NCBI RefSeq assembly: GCF_009914755.1
Contig: NC_060930.1
Source of the DNA: the human T2T-CHM13v2.0 reference genome, Homo sapiens
Length of the DNA: 64,000 nucleotides
Strand: one strand, 5' to 3'
Every line of letters begins with the position of its first letter. Position 1 is the first letter of the stretch. The position numbers and the translations under genes are program-made. The notes under the pieces were generated by a model that worked only from the letters and a program-made list of their open reading frames with translations, was not told where the DNA came from and did no database searches. Below, piece after piece: positions 19,211-32,653 of the stretch.

Positions 19211-19628
19211 TGCTATGGGTTGAATTATGTCCCTCCAAAATTCATATGTTCAAGGCCTAATCCCCAGTACCTCCGAATGTGGCCTTATTTGGAGATAGGT
19301 CTTTACAGAGGTAATTGAGTTAAACAGAAGTTATTAGAGTGGGACTTAATCCAGTTTGACTGGTGTCCTTATAAGAAGAGGAAATTCGGACACAGACACA
19401 CACAGAGGGAGACCATGTGAAGGCAGAGGGAGAAGATGGTCATCAATGAGCCAAGGAGAGAGACCAGGACCAGATCCTCCCCTCACGGCCCTCAGGAGGA
19501 GCCAGTCCTGTTGACACCTTGATTTCAGACTTCTATCCTCTAGAACTGTGAGACAATAAATTTCTGTTGTTTAATATTTTGTGTGTTTCTAGGGTACTTT
19601 GTTACAGCAGCCCTAGTAAACTAATACA
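19211..19628 (+). mobile_element. MLT1B-like MaLR solo LTR
   Basis: TG...CA ends, tgctatgggttgaattatgtccc...ctaataca, 5-bp TSD ggggc/ggtgc. Confidence 0.8.
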
Positions 19629-19698
19629 GGTGCCAAGAACTCAGCCTTCACGTGCCAACTTCTCAAGATGAGAAATGCATTAGAAGTGGGATGTTGGG

Positions 19699-19995
19699 GG
19701 ACATGCACCATGGCTCACACCTGGAATCACAGTACTTTGGGAAGCCAGGATGGGAGGATCACCTGAGGCCAGGCGTTTGAGACCAGCATAGGCAACACAG
19801 CAAGACTTCATTTCTACAAAATTTTTTTTAAAATTAGTTGGGCCTGGTGGTGCATGCCTGTTCCAGATATTTGGGAAGCTGAGGTGGGAGGATTGCTTGA
19901 GCTCAGCAGTTTGAGACTGCAGTGAGCTATGACTGCACCACTGCACCCCAGCCTGGGCAATAAAGCAAGACCCCTATCTCTAAAAATAAAAGACA
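19699..19995 (+). mobile_element. Alu (AluJ-type)
   Basis: diverged Alu dimer. Confidence 0.85.
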
Positions 19996-19996
19996 A

Positions 19997-20178
19997 AGGA
20001 GGAGGAGGAAATAGGAAGAAGAAGAAGGAGGAGGAAAGGAGGAGGAGGAGGAAGAGGAAGAAGAATAAAGAAGGAAGAAGAAGAAGAAAAGAAGCAGAAG
20101 GAAAAGAAGAAGGAGGAGAAGAGGAAGAAGAGGAGGAGGAGGAGGAGGAGGAAGAGAGTGTTAAGGAAGGAGGAAAGA
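19997..20178 (+). repeat. (GGA/GAA)n polypurine simple repeat following the Alu tail
   Basis: directly visible. Confidence 0.9.
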
Positions 20179-20837
20179 ATTGTAAAGATGTAAGGCTGAT
20201 ATTCCAGAGGAACATCTAACTGGAACCATGCTGCGACAGACTTGGGACTGGAGCTCAGAGTTAAGTCAGGACACAGACAAGGGTCACAGATTGTTACATG
20301 AAGTCTTAGGGTGTGGAGCTGAACAGACTCCCCCACAAACCCCCAAGGAGGGGATGTGGTAGATGAGAAGAGAACCAGGTTCAGAACCTCAGGAAACACC
20401 AACATTTGAAGATAAGCAAGAGGAGAAGCCAGTGAAGATGAGAGAGAGCGGTCATGAGGCAGGAACATGGAGAAAGATGATCCTCAAGGAGGGGACAGTG
20501 AGGCCAACTGTGATGAGCTCTGAGAGAAGATGGTGAGTGTTGCATTTCAGCAACATTGGTGACCTCATGAGGGCTCTGGGGACAGAAGTCAGCTTGTGGA
20601 AAATGAGAGTTGAGTAAACACCCAAGCACATCTCCTACTTGAACTGCTTTCTACCATCTGTAACTGTCACAGCAAGTGCAGAGCAGAAGACCTCTTTGAC
20701 TCGCTCACTTCACACAGATCTGGGCTTTTGTTGGACTTTACTTTGGTTCTTGTTCAGGTGTCTTAGTTTTCTTATCACTCGCTTTCTTTTTAGGAGAAAA
20801 CACTAACATATGTCCTTGGCTCTTTTTTTTCTTTTAG

Positions 20838-20993
20838 GCTCTATAAAGAATTGGCATGGGAGATGGGTTTTGAAGAGTTCCATTTGTATCTGAGGCCTGT
20901 TCACTTTGAATTTGCATCACACGGGGACAGGGCAGACCAGCCACCTCCTGTGTTTATAACCTCTCTGCTGGAGGACAGTGGTCGGGTAGACAG
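20838..20993 (+). pseudogene. CCDC162P: CCDC162P exon (2-2) LYKELAWEMGFEEFHLYLRP...DSGRVD
   Basis: long pyrimidine tract + ttttag, AG|gtaagc donor, 156 nt. Confidence 0.87.
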
Positions 20994-21922
20994 GTAAGCC
21001 TTGAGAGGGTTGAGGTAAAAATAACGTAATGGCTGAGTGAATAACCAGTGAAAAATAATTTTTGTCACCATTCAACATGCAAGAACAATCACATTTCTAA
21101 GTTCTCTCTTATATTCTATCTGCCATGATGCCAGTTTTTTTTCTTCTTTCTTCTTTTAATAAGAGGGAAAAAGTAAGATCTCATTTAGGGGGACAATAGC
21201 ATTTAAAAACACCAAGTAACTGAGAAATGAAAGAACCAGGTTGTCCAAGAACTCAGGTGAGATGAAATCACAGGTTCAGCCGCTTCCCGGGTAGAATATG
21301 TTGCTTCCAGGTAGAAAAGGGAGTCAGCATGGGTCTAATGGGGTGAGAGCCATGGATCAGAAGTCCAGGTCTCATCTCTTACTTTTCTTCAGACCAGGAA
21401 GATGTCACTTAAGTTTTCAGAGCAGCTGTTTCCTTGAAAGGATAACACAAGGTACAAATATAACATGCAGGCAATATCTCAGGCAGCCTTCTTTATTAGC
21501 TAGTGACAGAAGCCAGTGCAAACCAGTGAAACTTCTCTCTCATGCCCCATAGGTCCAACCCATTGCTTGAAAGAAAATACCCTTACTAGTAATATATGGT
21601 GAGTCTACTCAGTCAGGGGAAGGAATCTTCTTTTGTTCTCACACAATTAACCTTTGACGTGTGGGAGGAGAAACTTCTGTCTTCCTCTTCTTTCCTTCTC
21701 TGCTATCTGCTTTTCCCCATAGGGTCCCACCTCTATCCCTGGAGATTCTTGGTACTGGCTCCATGCCAAGGAAGGAAAAAGGTGACTCCAAGGAGGCAAC
21801 CGGCACCTTTGTTTCGCTAATGCAGATCCCTGCTCAAAATAGAATGCTGAGTGTTAATATCCTAAAAGACTCCACAGAGCAGGGGTGGAATGAGGGGGTT
21901 AGGATGATAGAATACAATATCC

Positions 21923-22140
21923 CAAGATTTCTCAATTTTAGCACTACTAAACTTTGGGGCTGAAGAAATCTTTGTTGTGGGGGACTGTCCTGTGTGTCTT
22001 AGGTTCATTAGCAACATTTCTGACTTCTACGCACTAGATACCGGTAGTATTCCAGTACCCCACCCCACACACACTGTTCTATAATCAAAGATGTCCCCAG
22101 ACATTGTCAAATATCTCCTGGGGGCAAAACCTCCCCCTGC
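21923..22140. mobile_element. MER20 (hAT-Charlie)
   Basis: tctttgttgtgggggactgtcctgtg...atgtccccagacattgtcaaatatctcctgggggcaaaa. Confidence 0.75.
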
Positions 22141-22616
22141 TCTATCCTGTCACACTAGCTAAGCCAAAAACAGAATTTACTGTAAGGATACAGAGATGTT
22201 CACAGAAGCCAAGGCAGGAAGTATGGTCAGGCCTTAGGTGATGCTGGGTCTCCAATTGGCAAAAAAAAAACAAAAAAAAAAACCATCTGGAGCCAAGCTA
22301 TTTTCTGGTTCTTCAAGGGCCTCCTTGGTTGGTGTTTTATATTGCTGTGAAAATAGGGCATCACATTTTTGTTCAGTCAGAATCCACCAATCAGCACAAA
22401 CTGCCCAAATGCCCTGTGGTCTGGCCGATGCTCTGTGGTCTGTGATTGGTCCTCCAGGTGATGACCTAGAGATGCCGCAAGATAAGGAAGCCTTCTGCAT
22501 TACCAAGGGAAGGCTTATGCATCCAAAGAACTTGTGTATTGAATTCATATTTATTTTATGTATGTTAATTCCTTAAAGTTGCCACTTTGGAGTGCCATTA
22601 TAACAACAACATATAT

Positions 22617-22982
22617 AGTGGTCCCTTAGTGTCTGTGGGGGATCAGTTCTAAAATCCTCTCGGTTACCAAAATCCAAGGATGCACAAGTTCCTTATATTA
22701 CCAAAATCCAAGGATGCACAAGTGCCTTATATAAAATGGCATAGTATTTGCATATAACCTATGCACTCCCTCCCTTATGCTTTAAATCATCTTTAGATTA
22801 CTTATAATTATACTTAATACAATTTAAATGCTATGTAAATAGTCATTATACTACATTGTTTTTATTTGTATTATTTTAATTTTTGTATTATTACTTTTTA
22901 TTATTTTGTGTTTTCAAATATTTTTTATCTGCAATTAGTTGAATCCATGGATGCAGAACCCATAGATATGGAAGGTCAACTG
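22617..22982. mobile_element. MER2 (Tigger-family MITE) with internal 34-bp tandem duplication
   Basis: ccaaaatccaaggatgcacaagt..ccttatataaaatggcatagtatttgcatataacct; duplication 22664-22731. Confidence 0.75.
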
Positions 22983-23305
22983 GATCAAATATGAGTATAG
23001 TTACTTACATTTTAAAAAGCACATTCATGCATATTATCCCTCTTAATATTTGCCATAACCATGTGAGATAGGTGATATCCCCTTTACAGATGAAGAAAGA
23101 AAGATTGATAGATATTAAGTTACTTGACAAAGTCTCATAGTTATGGACAAAGTACCAAGTCTCAAGGTGGAAAAATGGCTGTAAAGAATATTTAGATAGC
23201 TGTTGGACCCATAGGAAAGAGAGAGAATTGGACAACATTTAGGGGGTGCTCAAAGGAGTGAGTCAGTGAGGGATCCTAAACAAGTGTGGTCAAGAAGGTG
23301 AGAAG

Positions 23306-23549
23306 AGCCAGGTGTGGTGGTGCATGTCTGTAGTCCCAGCTACTCAGTAGGCTGAGGTGGGACAGTTGCTTGAGCTCAGGGGTTCAAAGCTGCAGTGAGC
23401 TATAATTGCACCACTGCCATTCAGCCTGAGTGACAGAGTAAGATTCTGACTCCAAAAAAAAAAAAAAAAGTCACTTGGTACACCTTTGATGCCCAGTTAA
23501 CTATATATGTACTTTGAATAAATAAAAACATTTTGCTTAAAAAAAAAAA
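23306..23549 (+). mobile_element. Retroposed unit: Alu right arm + unique sequence + AATAAA + poly(A)
   Basis: TSD aagaaggtgagaag (23292-23305) / aagaaggtaagagg (23550-23563) encloses both parts. Confidence 0.7.
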
Positions 23550-23844
23550 AAGAAGGTAAGAGGAAAAACGGGAGAGAGTAGTGTAATGGTAATCAAGAGA
23601 AAATAATTTCCAACGCTATGGGGTGGTCACCATAATCAAACTACAGAAAGATCAAGTCCAAAAAGGACAGAAAAGATCCCAGAGCCCTTATAGCTTTCAG
23701 TGGAAATATCAAGTCTTGCATAAAAGTTGCATTTCCTATTATTATTGACATTTCTGATCTGATCATGACATCCTGTTCCATCATAATGGTGTCTCTTGAT
23801 TAGTTGCATATTACATCAAAACAATTTCATATTTTTTGTTGCAG

Positions 23845-23938
23845 ATATTCTCCTACTGCTCTTGTCTTAGCCATCTCTGAGGTGGATGATAACCAAATTG
23901 GCAAATTTAGTTTTTACACAAAGGAAGCCATTCTTAAG
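23845..23938 (+). pseudogene. CCDC162P: CCDC162P exon (2-0) YSPTALVLAISEVDDNQIGKFSFYTKEAILK
   Basis: ttttgttgcag acceptor, AAG|gtaaac donor, 94 nt. Confidence 0.85.
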
Positions 23939-24081
23939 GTAAACAATTTATTTTTTAAAAGCAAATGAAAGTAAAATAAAGCAATTTGCTCACATATTTC
24001 TTTAAGAAGACATAATACTTTATATAAATTTAGCTTCCATATATAAGAAAAGCTTCCAATTTCATAAATAATAATAATGGT

Positions 24082-25513
24082 TGTTTTAGTCCATTTTCTT
24101 TTGCTATAACAAAATACCTGAGACTGGGTAATTTATAAAGAAAAGAAGTTTATTTGGTCCGATGTTGCGGGAAGTCAGGGACCCCAAACGGAGATACCAA
24201 CTGAAGCCATGGCAGAAGAATGTGGATTGTAAAGATTTCATGGACATTTATTAGTTCCCCAAATTAATACTTTTATAATTTCTTATGCCTGTCTTTACTG
24301 CAATCTCTAAACATAAATTGTAAAGATTTCATGGACACTTATCACTTCCCCAATCAATACCCTTGTGATTTCCTATGCCTGTCTTTACTTTAATCTCTTA
24401 ATCCTGTCAGCTGAGGAGGATGTATGTGGCCTCAGGACCCTGTAATAATTGCATTAACTGCACAAATTGTACAGCATGTGTGTTTGAACAATATGAAATC
24501 TGGGCACCTTGAAAAAAGAACAGGATAACAGCAATTGTTCAGGGAATAAGAGAGATAACCTTAAACCCTGACCACCGGTGAGCCGGGCGGAACAGAGCCA
24601 TATTTCTCTTCTTTCAAAAGCAAATGGGAGAAATATCGCTGAATTCTTTTTCTCAGCAAGGAACATCCCTGGGAAAGAGAATACGTGCCTGGAGGTATAG
24701 GCCTATAAATGGCACCCCTAGGTGTGCCCGTCTTTTATGGTCTGTAGTCTGCAGGGGTGAAATAGACCCCAGTCTCCCATGGCGCTCCCAGGCTTATTAG
24801 GAAGACGAAATTCCTGCCTAATAATTTTGGTCAGACCAGTTGCTCTCAAAACCCTGTCTCCTGATAAGATGTTATCAATGACAATGGTGCCCGAAACTTC
24901 ATTAGCAATTTTAATTTCACCCTGGTCCTGTGGTCCTGTGATCTTGCCCTGCCTCCACTTGCGTTGTGATATTCTATTACTTTGTGAAGTATTTGATGTC
25001 TGTGACCCACACCTATTCGCACACTCCCTCCCCTTTTGAAAATCCCTAATAAAAACTTGCTGGTTTTTGCGGCTTGTGGGGCATCACGGAACCTACCGAC
25101 ATGTGATATCTCCCCCAGACGCCCAGCTTTAAAATTTATCTCTTCTGTACTCTGTCCCTTTATTTCTCAAGCCAGCTGACATTTAGGGAAAGTAGAAAAG
25201 AACCTACGTGACTATCGGGGCAGGTTCCCCGATAGTCCATGATTCTGGAGGCTGGGAAGTCCAAGGACATGGTGGCAGCTTCTGGCAAGAGCTTTTGCAC
25301 TGCATCATAACATGGCAGAAAAGCAGAAGGGCAAGTGATTACATGCAAAAGAGACTGCAAGAGCAAGCCAAGCTTGCTTTTATAACATCCTGCTCTCTCG
25401 AGAAAGAAATCCACTCCCACGATTATGACATTAATCCATTCATGAGGGCTCTAATCTCATGGCCCAATCACCTCCCAACACATGAACTTTTGGGGGACAC
25501 ATTCAAACCATAA
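24082..25513 (-). mobile_element. MST-family MaLR LTR interrupted by MER11
   Basis: tgttttagtccatttt...agactgggtaatttataaagaaaag | gattctggaggctgggaagtccaag...gggggacacattcaaaccat. Confidence 0.75.
24163..25234 (+). mobile_element. MER11 solo LTR (HERV-K HML-8 family, ~1.07 kb, MER11C-like)
   Basis: tgttgcgggaagtcagggacccc start, ggttccccgata end, TATA (cctataaat) and AATAAA. Confidence 0.88.
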
Positions 25514-26075
25514 TGATGGCCTTGCCTTATTTGATGTGCACATTAGCCTGGTTTGAACCATAGAGACTGCAACACCACTTATAATAACTTCTGTTAGGTA
25601 CTAAAAAAGAAGTTCACATGTAGTGAACAATCTTTGCATAAGGTTTTAAAAATATACATTTGTTATTGGAGCTTTTATCTGGTCTTTCTAAACCTGGTGC
25701 TATTTTTTATCTGCTACTTGGATTTCTTTGCTTCTATATGTGTATTTTTAAAATGTCGATCTAATCTTGGCTTACAGGAGCCTGCCACTGAGCACATGTT
25801 TGCTAGTTCATCAGAGCCTATTCATCTTTTCCTGACCACTGGTGAAATCTCATGGTGTCCAGCTATAGAGCAAATCAAGCCTGGAGGCTGCCTTCTTGGA
25901 ATGAAATGCTGCTTAGGGAGAGACCAGATTCAGTCTTATGGCTGAGTAGCAAGCATCCCAGCTCATTTGGGAGTTTGATTCATATATTTACATGTTGAAT
26001 AAGTGGTGATTTCAACCCTCAACTCACTTCTTTATGCAAGACATTCCTAATATTTTTCATATTTTCTTCCTTTAG

Positions 26076-26213
26076 CTTTTGCTGCATTCAGGAGTGGAAA
26101 ATATGCAGGTGACTCTTGCATGCCAAGCTGCTCAGAAAAATGCTTTGATGGCGGCTGTCCAGCAGGTGTACTTCTATTGCACCCCTCAAGGGAGCTGTCC
26201 TGCTAATGTCAAG
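26076..26213 (+). pseudogene. CCDC162P: CCDC162P exon (0-0) LLLHSGVENMQVTLACQ...CPANVK
   Basis: ttcctttag acceptor, AAG|gtcagc donor, 138 nt. Confidence 0.8.
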
Positions 26214-26522
26214 GTCAGCCTGCATGACAGAGAAGCCAGAGGCATCTCATCACCTCCACCAGCTAATGTCAGGCTGCCCCTTTCTTCCTTCCTTTTTTCC
26301 CTTCTCCCTTTCTCCCTTTCTTTCTCCCCTGCCCCCTACTTTCTCTTTCCTATCTCTTTATCTTCCTTACTTTCCTTTTTTCTTCCTTTCCTTGTTTCCT
26401 GTTTGTGAATCAATGTATGACCAAATCCTTATTGGATTTCTTAATTTTCAGTTATACTTTTTTCTGTATTTCTTATTTTTTGGTTATTGAGACATAATTC
26501 ATGTGATATAAAACATACCACA

Positions 26523-26876
<354 letters not shown>

Positions 26877-27219
26877 TCATCACTACCTAATTCCAAAACA
26901 TTTTTATCACTCACTCTCAAAAGAAACGTTGTACCCATTAGCAGTTACTTACTTTTTCTCCCTCCCCTCAGTCCCTAGCAACCACTAATCTACTTTCTGT
27001 TTCTATAGATTTGCTTATTCTGGACATTGTATATAAATGGAATCATACAACAGGTGACCTTTGGTGTCTGGATTTTTTCCCTTAGCATAATATTCTCAAA
27101 ATTTAACTGTGCCGTAGCATGTATCAGTGCTTCATTTCTTCATTGCTAAATAATATTTTATTATATGGATATACCACATTTGTTTCTACTTTTTGGCATT
27201 AGGAATAATGCCACCATGA

Positions 27220-27548
<329 letters not shown>

Positions 27549-28705
27549 ACGTATAGGTTTTTATGAGGACATATATTTTTAAATCTTCTTGGGTATATAC
27601 CTAGCAATTGGATTGCTCAGATTATATGGTAACTTTATATTTTACATTTTGAGGAACCACCAAACTGTTTTTCAAAGTAGCTGCGCTTTTTACATTCCCA
27701 TCAGCAATGTATGAGGGTTCCAATGTCTCCACATTTTTGTCAACACTTGTTATTGTTTTTTTATTTTAGCTGTTCTAGTAGAAGTAAAGTAGTATCTCAT
27801 TTTGGTTTTGACTTGGATTTCCCTATTTACTAAGACCTTAAGCATCTTTTCATTTGCTGACTTGACCATTTATGTGTCTTCTTTAGAGAAATGTCTATTT
27901 AAATCCTTTGCCTTTCTATAAAATTTGATGTTTTGGTTTTTTATTGATGAGTTGTAAGAGTTCTTTAGATATCCTGAATACAAGTCCCTTATAAGGCATA
28001 TGATTTGCAAATATATTCTACGGATTGTCTTATGATCTCCATTTATCTGTTATTTCATTACTTGTACTTTTGGCATCATATTTAAGAAACCATTGCCTAA
28101 TCCAAAGTTATGAAAACACTCTTATATTTTCTTCTAAGAGATTTATGGTTTTAACTCTTACATTTAGGTCTAGGGTCCATTTATACTTAATTGTGCTATA
28201 TAATGGGAAGTAGGGATCCAACTTTATTCTTTTCATGCGGCTAATCAGTTTTCCCAGAACCACTTGTTGAAAAGACTCATCTTTCCTCATTAAATTGTCC
28301 TGGAACCCTTGCAAAAAAAAACACTTGACCATAAATGTTAAGAATGTATAACTGGACTCTCAATTCTATTCCATTAATCTAAATGCCTGTTCTTATGCCA
28401 GTACTACTATGTTTTGATTACTGTAGCTTTGTAGAAAGTTTGAAATTATGAAGCATAATCCCTCCAAATTTGTTTTTCTTTTTCAAGTTTGCTTTAGCTA
28501 TTTTGAGTCCCTTGCATTTTCATATGAATTTTAGTGTCAGCTTGTCAATTTTGGGGGCTTTAAAAAGAGTAAGTTGGAGTTTTGACAGGGATTGCAGCAA
28601 ACCTATAGATTGAGTAGTATTGCCATTTTATTTTATTTTAGTAGGATTGCCATTTTAACAATATTATGTCTTCCAATTCTTGAGCATGGGATGGCTTTCT
28701 ATTTA

Positions 28706-31342
28706 TAGACACACCTTGGAGATGTTGTAGGTTTGGTTCCAGACGGTTCCATGCAAATTTTTTGGTTTCTGAGTGCATATAAAAGTTATGTTTATATTAC
28801 ACTGTAGCCAATTAAGTGTGTAATACCATTTTGTCTTAAAAAAACCCAATGTACATATACCTTAATTAAATATACATTATTCACTTGCAGACCAAAGAAT
28901 ATTAAGTTATAAAAAAAGAAAAAATATATATTTTTACTAAAAACTGCTAATAATCATTTGAGCCTTTAGTGAGTTGTAATCTTTTTGCTGGTGGAGGGTC
29001 TTACCTTGATATGGAAGGCTGCTGACCGATTAGGGTGGTGGTTGCTGAAGGTTGGGGGCCAGGGGTCTCTGGCAATTTCTTAAAATAAGACAAAATAAAG
29101 TTTTCCACATTAATTGACTCTACTTTTCATGAAAAGTTTCTCTTTGGCATGTAATACTGTTTGATAGCATTTTACCTACAGTAAAACTTTTTCAAAACTG
29201 AAGTTAATTCTCTCAAACTGTGCTTTATGTAATATTCTAAATCCTTAGCTGTCATTTCAACAATGTTCACAGCATCTTCACCAGGAGTAGATTCCATCTC
29301 AAGAAACCGCTTTCTTTCTTAGCTCATCCATAAGAAGTACCTCCTCATTTGTTTAAGTTTTATCACGAGAATGCAGCAATTCAGTTACATCTTCAGGTTC
29401 CACTTCTAATTCTAGTTCTTTTGCTATTTCTGCCACATCTGCAGTGACTTCCTCCACTGAAGTCTTGAACTCCTCAAAGTCCTCCATGAGGGTTGGAATT
29501 AACTTCTTCCAAATTCCTGTTAAAGTGGATATTTTGACCTCCTCTCATGAATCATGAATGTTCTTAATGATATCTAGAATGATAAATCTTCCAGAAGGTT
29601 TTCAATTTACTTTACCCAGATCCATTATGCAGGGGTGTCCAAATCTTTGGCTTCTCTGGGCCACATTGGAAGAATTGTCATGGGCCACACATAAAATACA
29701 CTAACACTACTGATAGCTGATGAGCTTTAAAAAAAATTGCAAAAAAACTGCAAAATAAATGCAAAAAAACATGCAAAAATAATGTTTTAAGAAAGTTTAC
29801 AAATTTGTGTTGGACTGCATTCAAAGCCATTCTAGGCCTCATGCAGCCTGTGGGCCATGGGTTGGACAAACTTACATTAGAGTAATTACTATCTATGGCA
29901 GTTATAGTCTTATGGAATGTATTTCTTAATAATGACTTCACAATACGACACAGAAACACAAGACATACTCCTTGATCCATGGGCTGTAGAATGGATGTTG
30001 TGTTAGCAGGCATAGAAACATTAATCTCTTTGTACATTTCCATTAGAGCTCTTGGGCACTGTCAATGTACAGTAATGTTTTGAAAGGAATCTCTTTTTCT
30101 GAACAGTGGGTCTCAACAGTGGGCTTAAGATGTTCAGTAAACTATGCTGTAAAGAGATGTGGTGTCATCCAGGCTTTGTTATTCCATTTGCAGAGCACAG
30201 GCAGGATAGATTTAGCATAATTCTTAAGAGTCCTAGGATTTGGGGAATGGTAAATGAGCATTTGCTTCCACTTCAAGTCACCAATAGCATTAATCTCTAA
30301 CAAAAGAGTCAACCTGTCCTTTGAAGATTTGAAGCCAGGCATTGACTTCTCCTCTCTAGCTATAAAAATACCGGATGGCATCTTCTTTCAGTGGAAGACT
30401 GGTTTGTCTACATTGAAAATCTATTGTTTAATGTAGCCACCTCTATCAATTATCTTAGCTAGATGTTCTGGATAACTTGCTGCAACTTCTACATCAGCAT
30501 TTACCACACTTCACCTTACACTTCTTTGTTATGGAGATGGCTTCTTTCCTTAACCCTCATGAACCAGTCTCTGCTAGTTTCAAACTTTTCTCTCATCCTT
30601 CAAGGAATTGGAGAGAGTTAGGACCTTGCTTTGGATTAGCCTTGGGCTTCAGGGAATTTTGTGGTTGATTTGATCTTCTATCCAGACCACTAAAACTTTT
30701 TCCATATCAATAATAAGGCTATTTTCCTTTCTTATCGTTCTTGTATGCATTAGAGTAACGCTTTTAATTTCCTTCAAAAACTTTTCCTTTGCGTTCACAA
30801 CTTGGCTGTTTTGCACCAGAGGCTTAGCTTTTGGCCTATTCCAGCTTTTGACATGCCTTCCTTGCTAAGCTTAATCATATTTAGCTTTTGATTGCAAGTG
30901 AGAGTCGTGTGACTCTGCTTCTCACTTAAACACTTAGAGGCCACTGTAGAGTTATTAATTGGCCTAATTTCAATAGGGTGTCTCAGGGAATAGGGAGATC
31001 CAAGGAGAGGTAGGGAGACAGGGGAATGGCCAGTCGGTGAAGCAGTGAGAACACACACGTTTATTAAGTTCATCTTCTTATTTGGTGTGGTTCATGGCAC
31101 CCCAAAACATTTACAATAGTAACATCAAAGATCGCTGATGTCGGATCACCATAATAGACATAATAATGAAAAAGTTTGAAATATTGTATATTGTATGAAT
31201 TACAAAAATGTGACAGAGACATGAAGTAAGCATATGCTATTGGTGCCAATAATTTGTTCAATGCAGGGTTGCCACAAACATTCAACTTGTAAAAAACACA
31301 ATATCTGCATTAAGCTGAGTGCAAGAAAATGAGGTATGCCTT
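28706..31342 (-). mobile_element. Tigger1 DNA transposon, near full length, decayed transposase
   Basis: TIR-like ends (agacacaccttggagat / aaaatgaggtatgcc); minus-strand peptides [44 protein letters not shown]. Confidence 0.88.
29630..29874. mobile_element. MER30 nested in Tigger1
   Basis: caggggtgtccaa...gggccacacataaaatacactaacact...gggttggacaa. Confidence 0.82.
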
Positions 31343-32234
31343 TATTTAGTTCTTCTTCAACTTCTTTCAACAATATTTTATAGTCCTCAGGGTACAACTT
31401 TTATCCTTTTTTGTTACATATTAATTCCAAAATATTTCATTCCTTTTAACATGATTATAAATTGAATTGTTTTTCTTAGCTTCATTTTCAGAGTGTTCAT
31501 TACTAGTATATTAGAATACAAATTGACTTTTGTATATTGATCTTGTATCCTGCAATCTTACAAAGCCAGTTTGTTGGTTCTACTAATTTACAGGTGTGTG
31601 TTTGTGTGTATGTATGTGTGTGTTCGTAGTATTTCTTAGGATTTTCTATATACAAGATTATGTTATCTGCAAGTAGAGATAGTTTTACTTCTTCCTTTCC
31701 AATCTTTATGCCTTTTATTTCTTTTCTTGCCTAATTGCTCTGGCTAGACCCTCCAATACAAGATTGAGTAGAAGTAGTGACAGTAGATATTATTGTATTA
31801 TTCCTACTCTTAGGGGAAAACCGTCAACCTTTCACCATTAAGTGTGATATTAGCATTAGTTTTTCATAAATACCTCTTATCCGGTTGAGGACATTCCCTT
31901 CTATTCTAAGTTTGTTGAATGTTTTTATTGTGAAGGGGTTGGATTTTATCTACATATACTTTTTTTTTGTATTTTGTTTTTTTTCACTTAACAGTATATC
32001 TTGGTTATCACTCCAAATCAGTTCATAGAGGTTTTCCCTTTTTTGCAACTGTATAATTCTCTTTTGTGTATATACTAGTGAATGTAACTTACATGTAAAA
32101 TTAAATATGGTTTTAAGAAATCAACTTTCCAGATGGTTTCAAACATTCTTTAAGCCTCATGGATTCTACTCAGCTCACCACATTAACCCCTTATCACATT
32201 TATCTACCTCTATTTACCCATTTCTACTCTCTCT

Positions 32235-32653
<419 letters not shown>

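Noticed and set aside
19814-20468. Poly-E/K/R and poly-S/L ORFs
   Set aside because: Translations of a GGA/GAA simple repeat and adjacent Alu.
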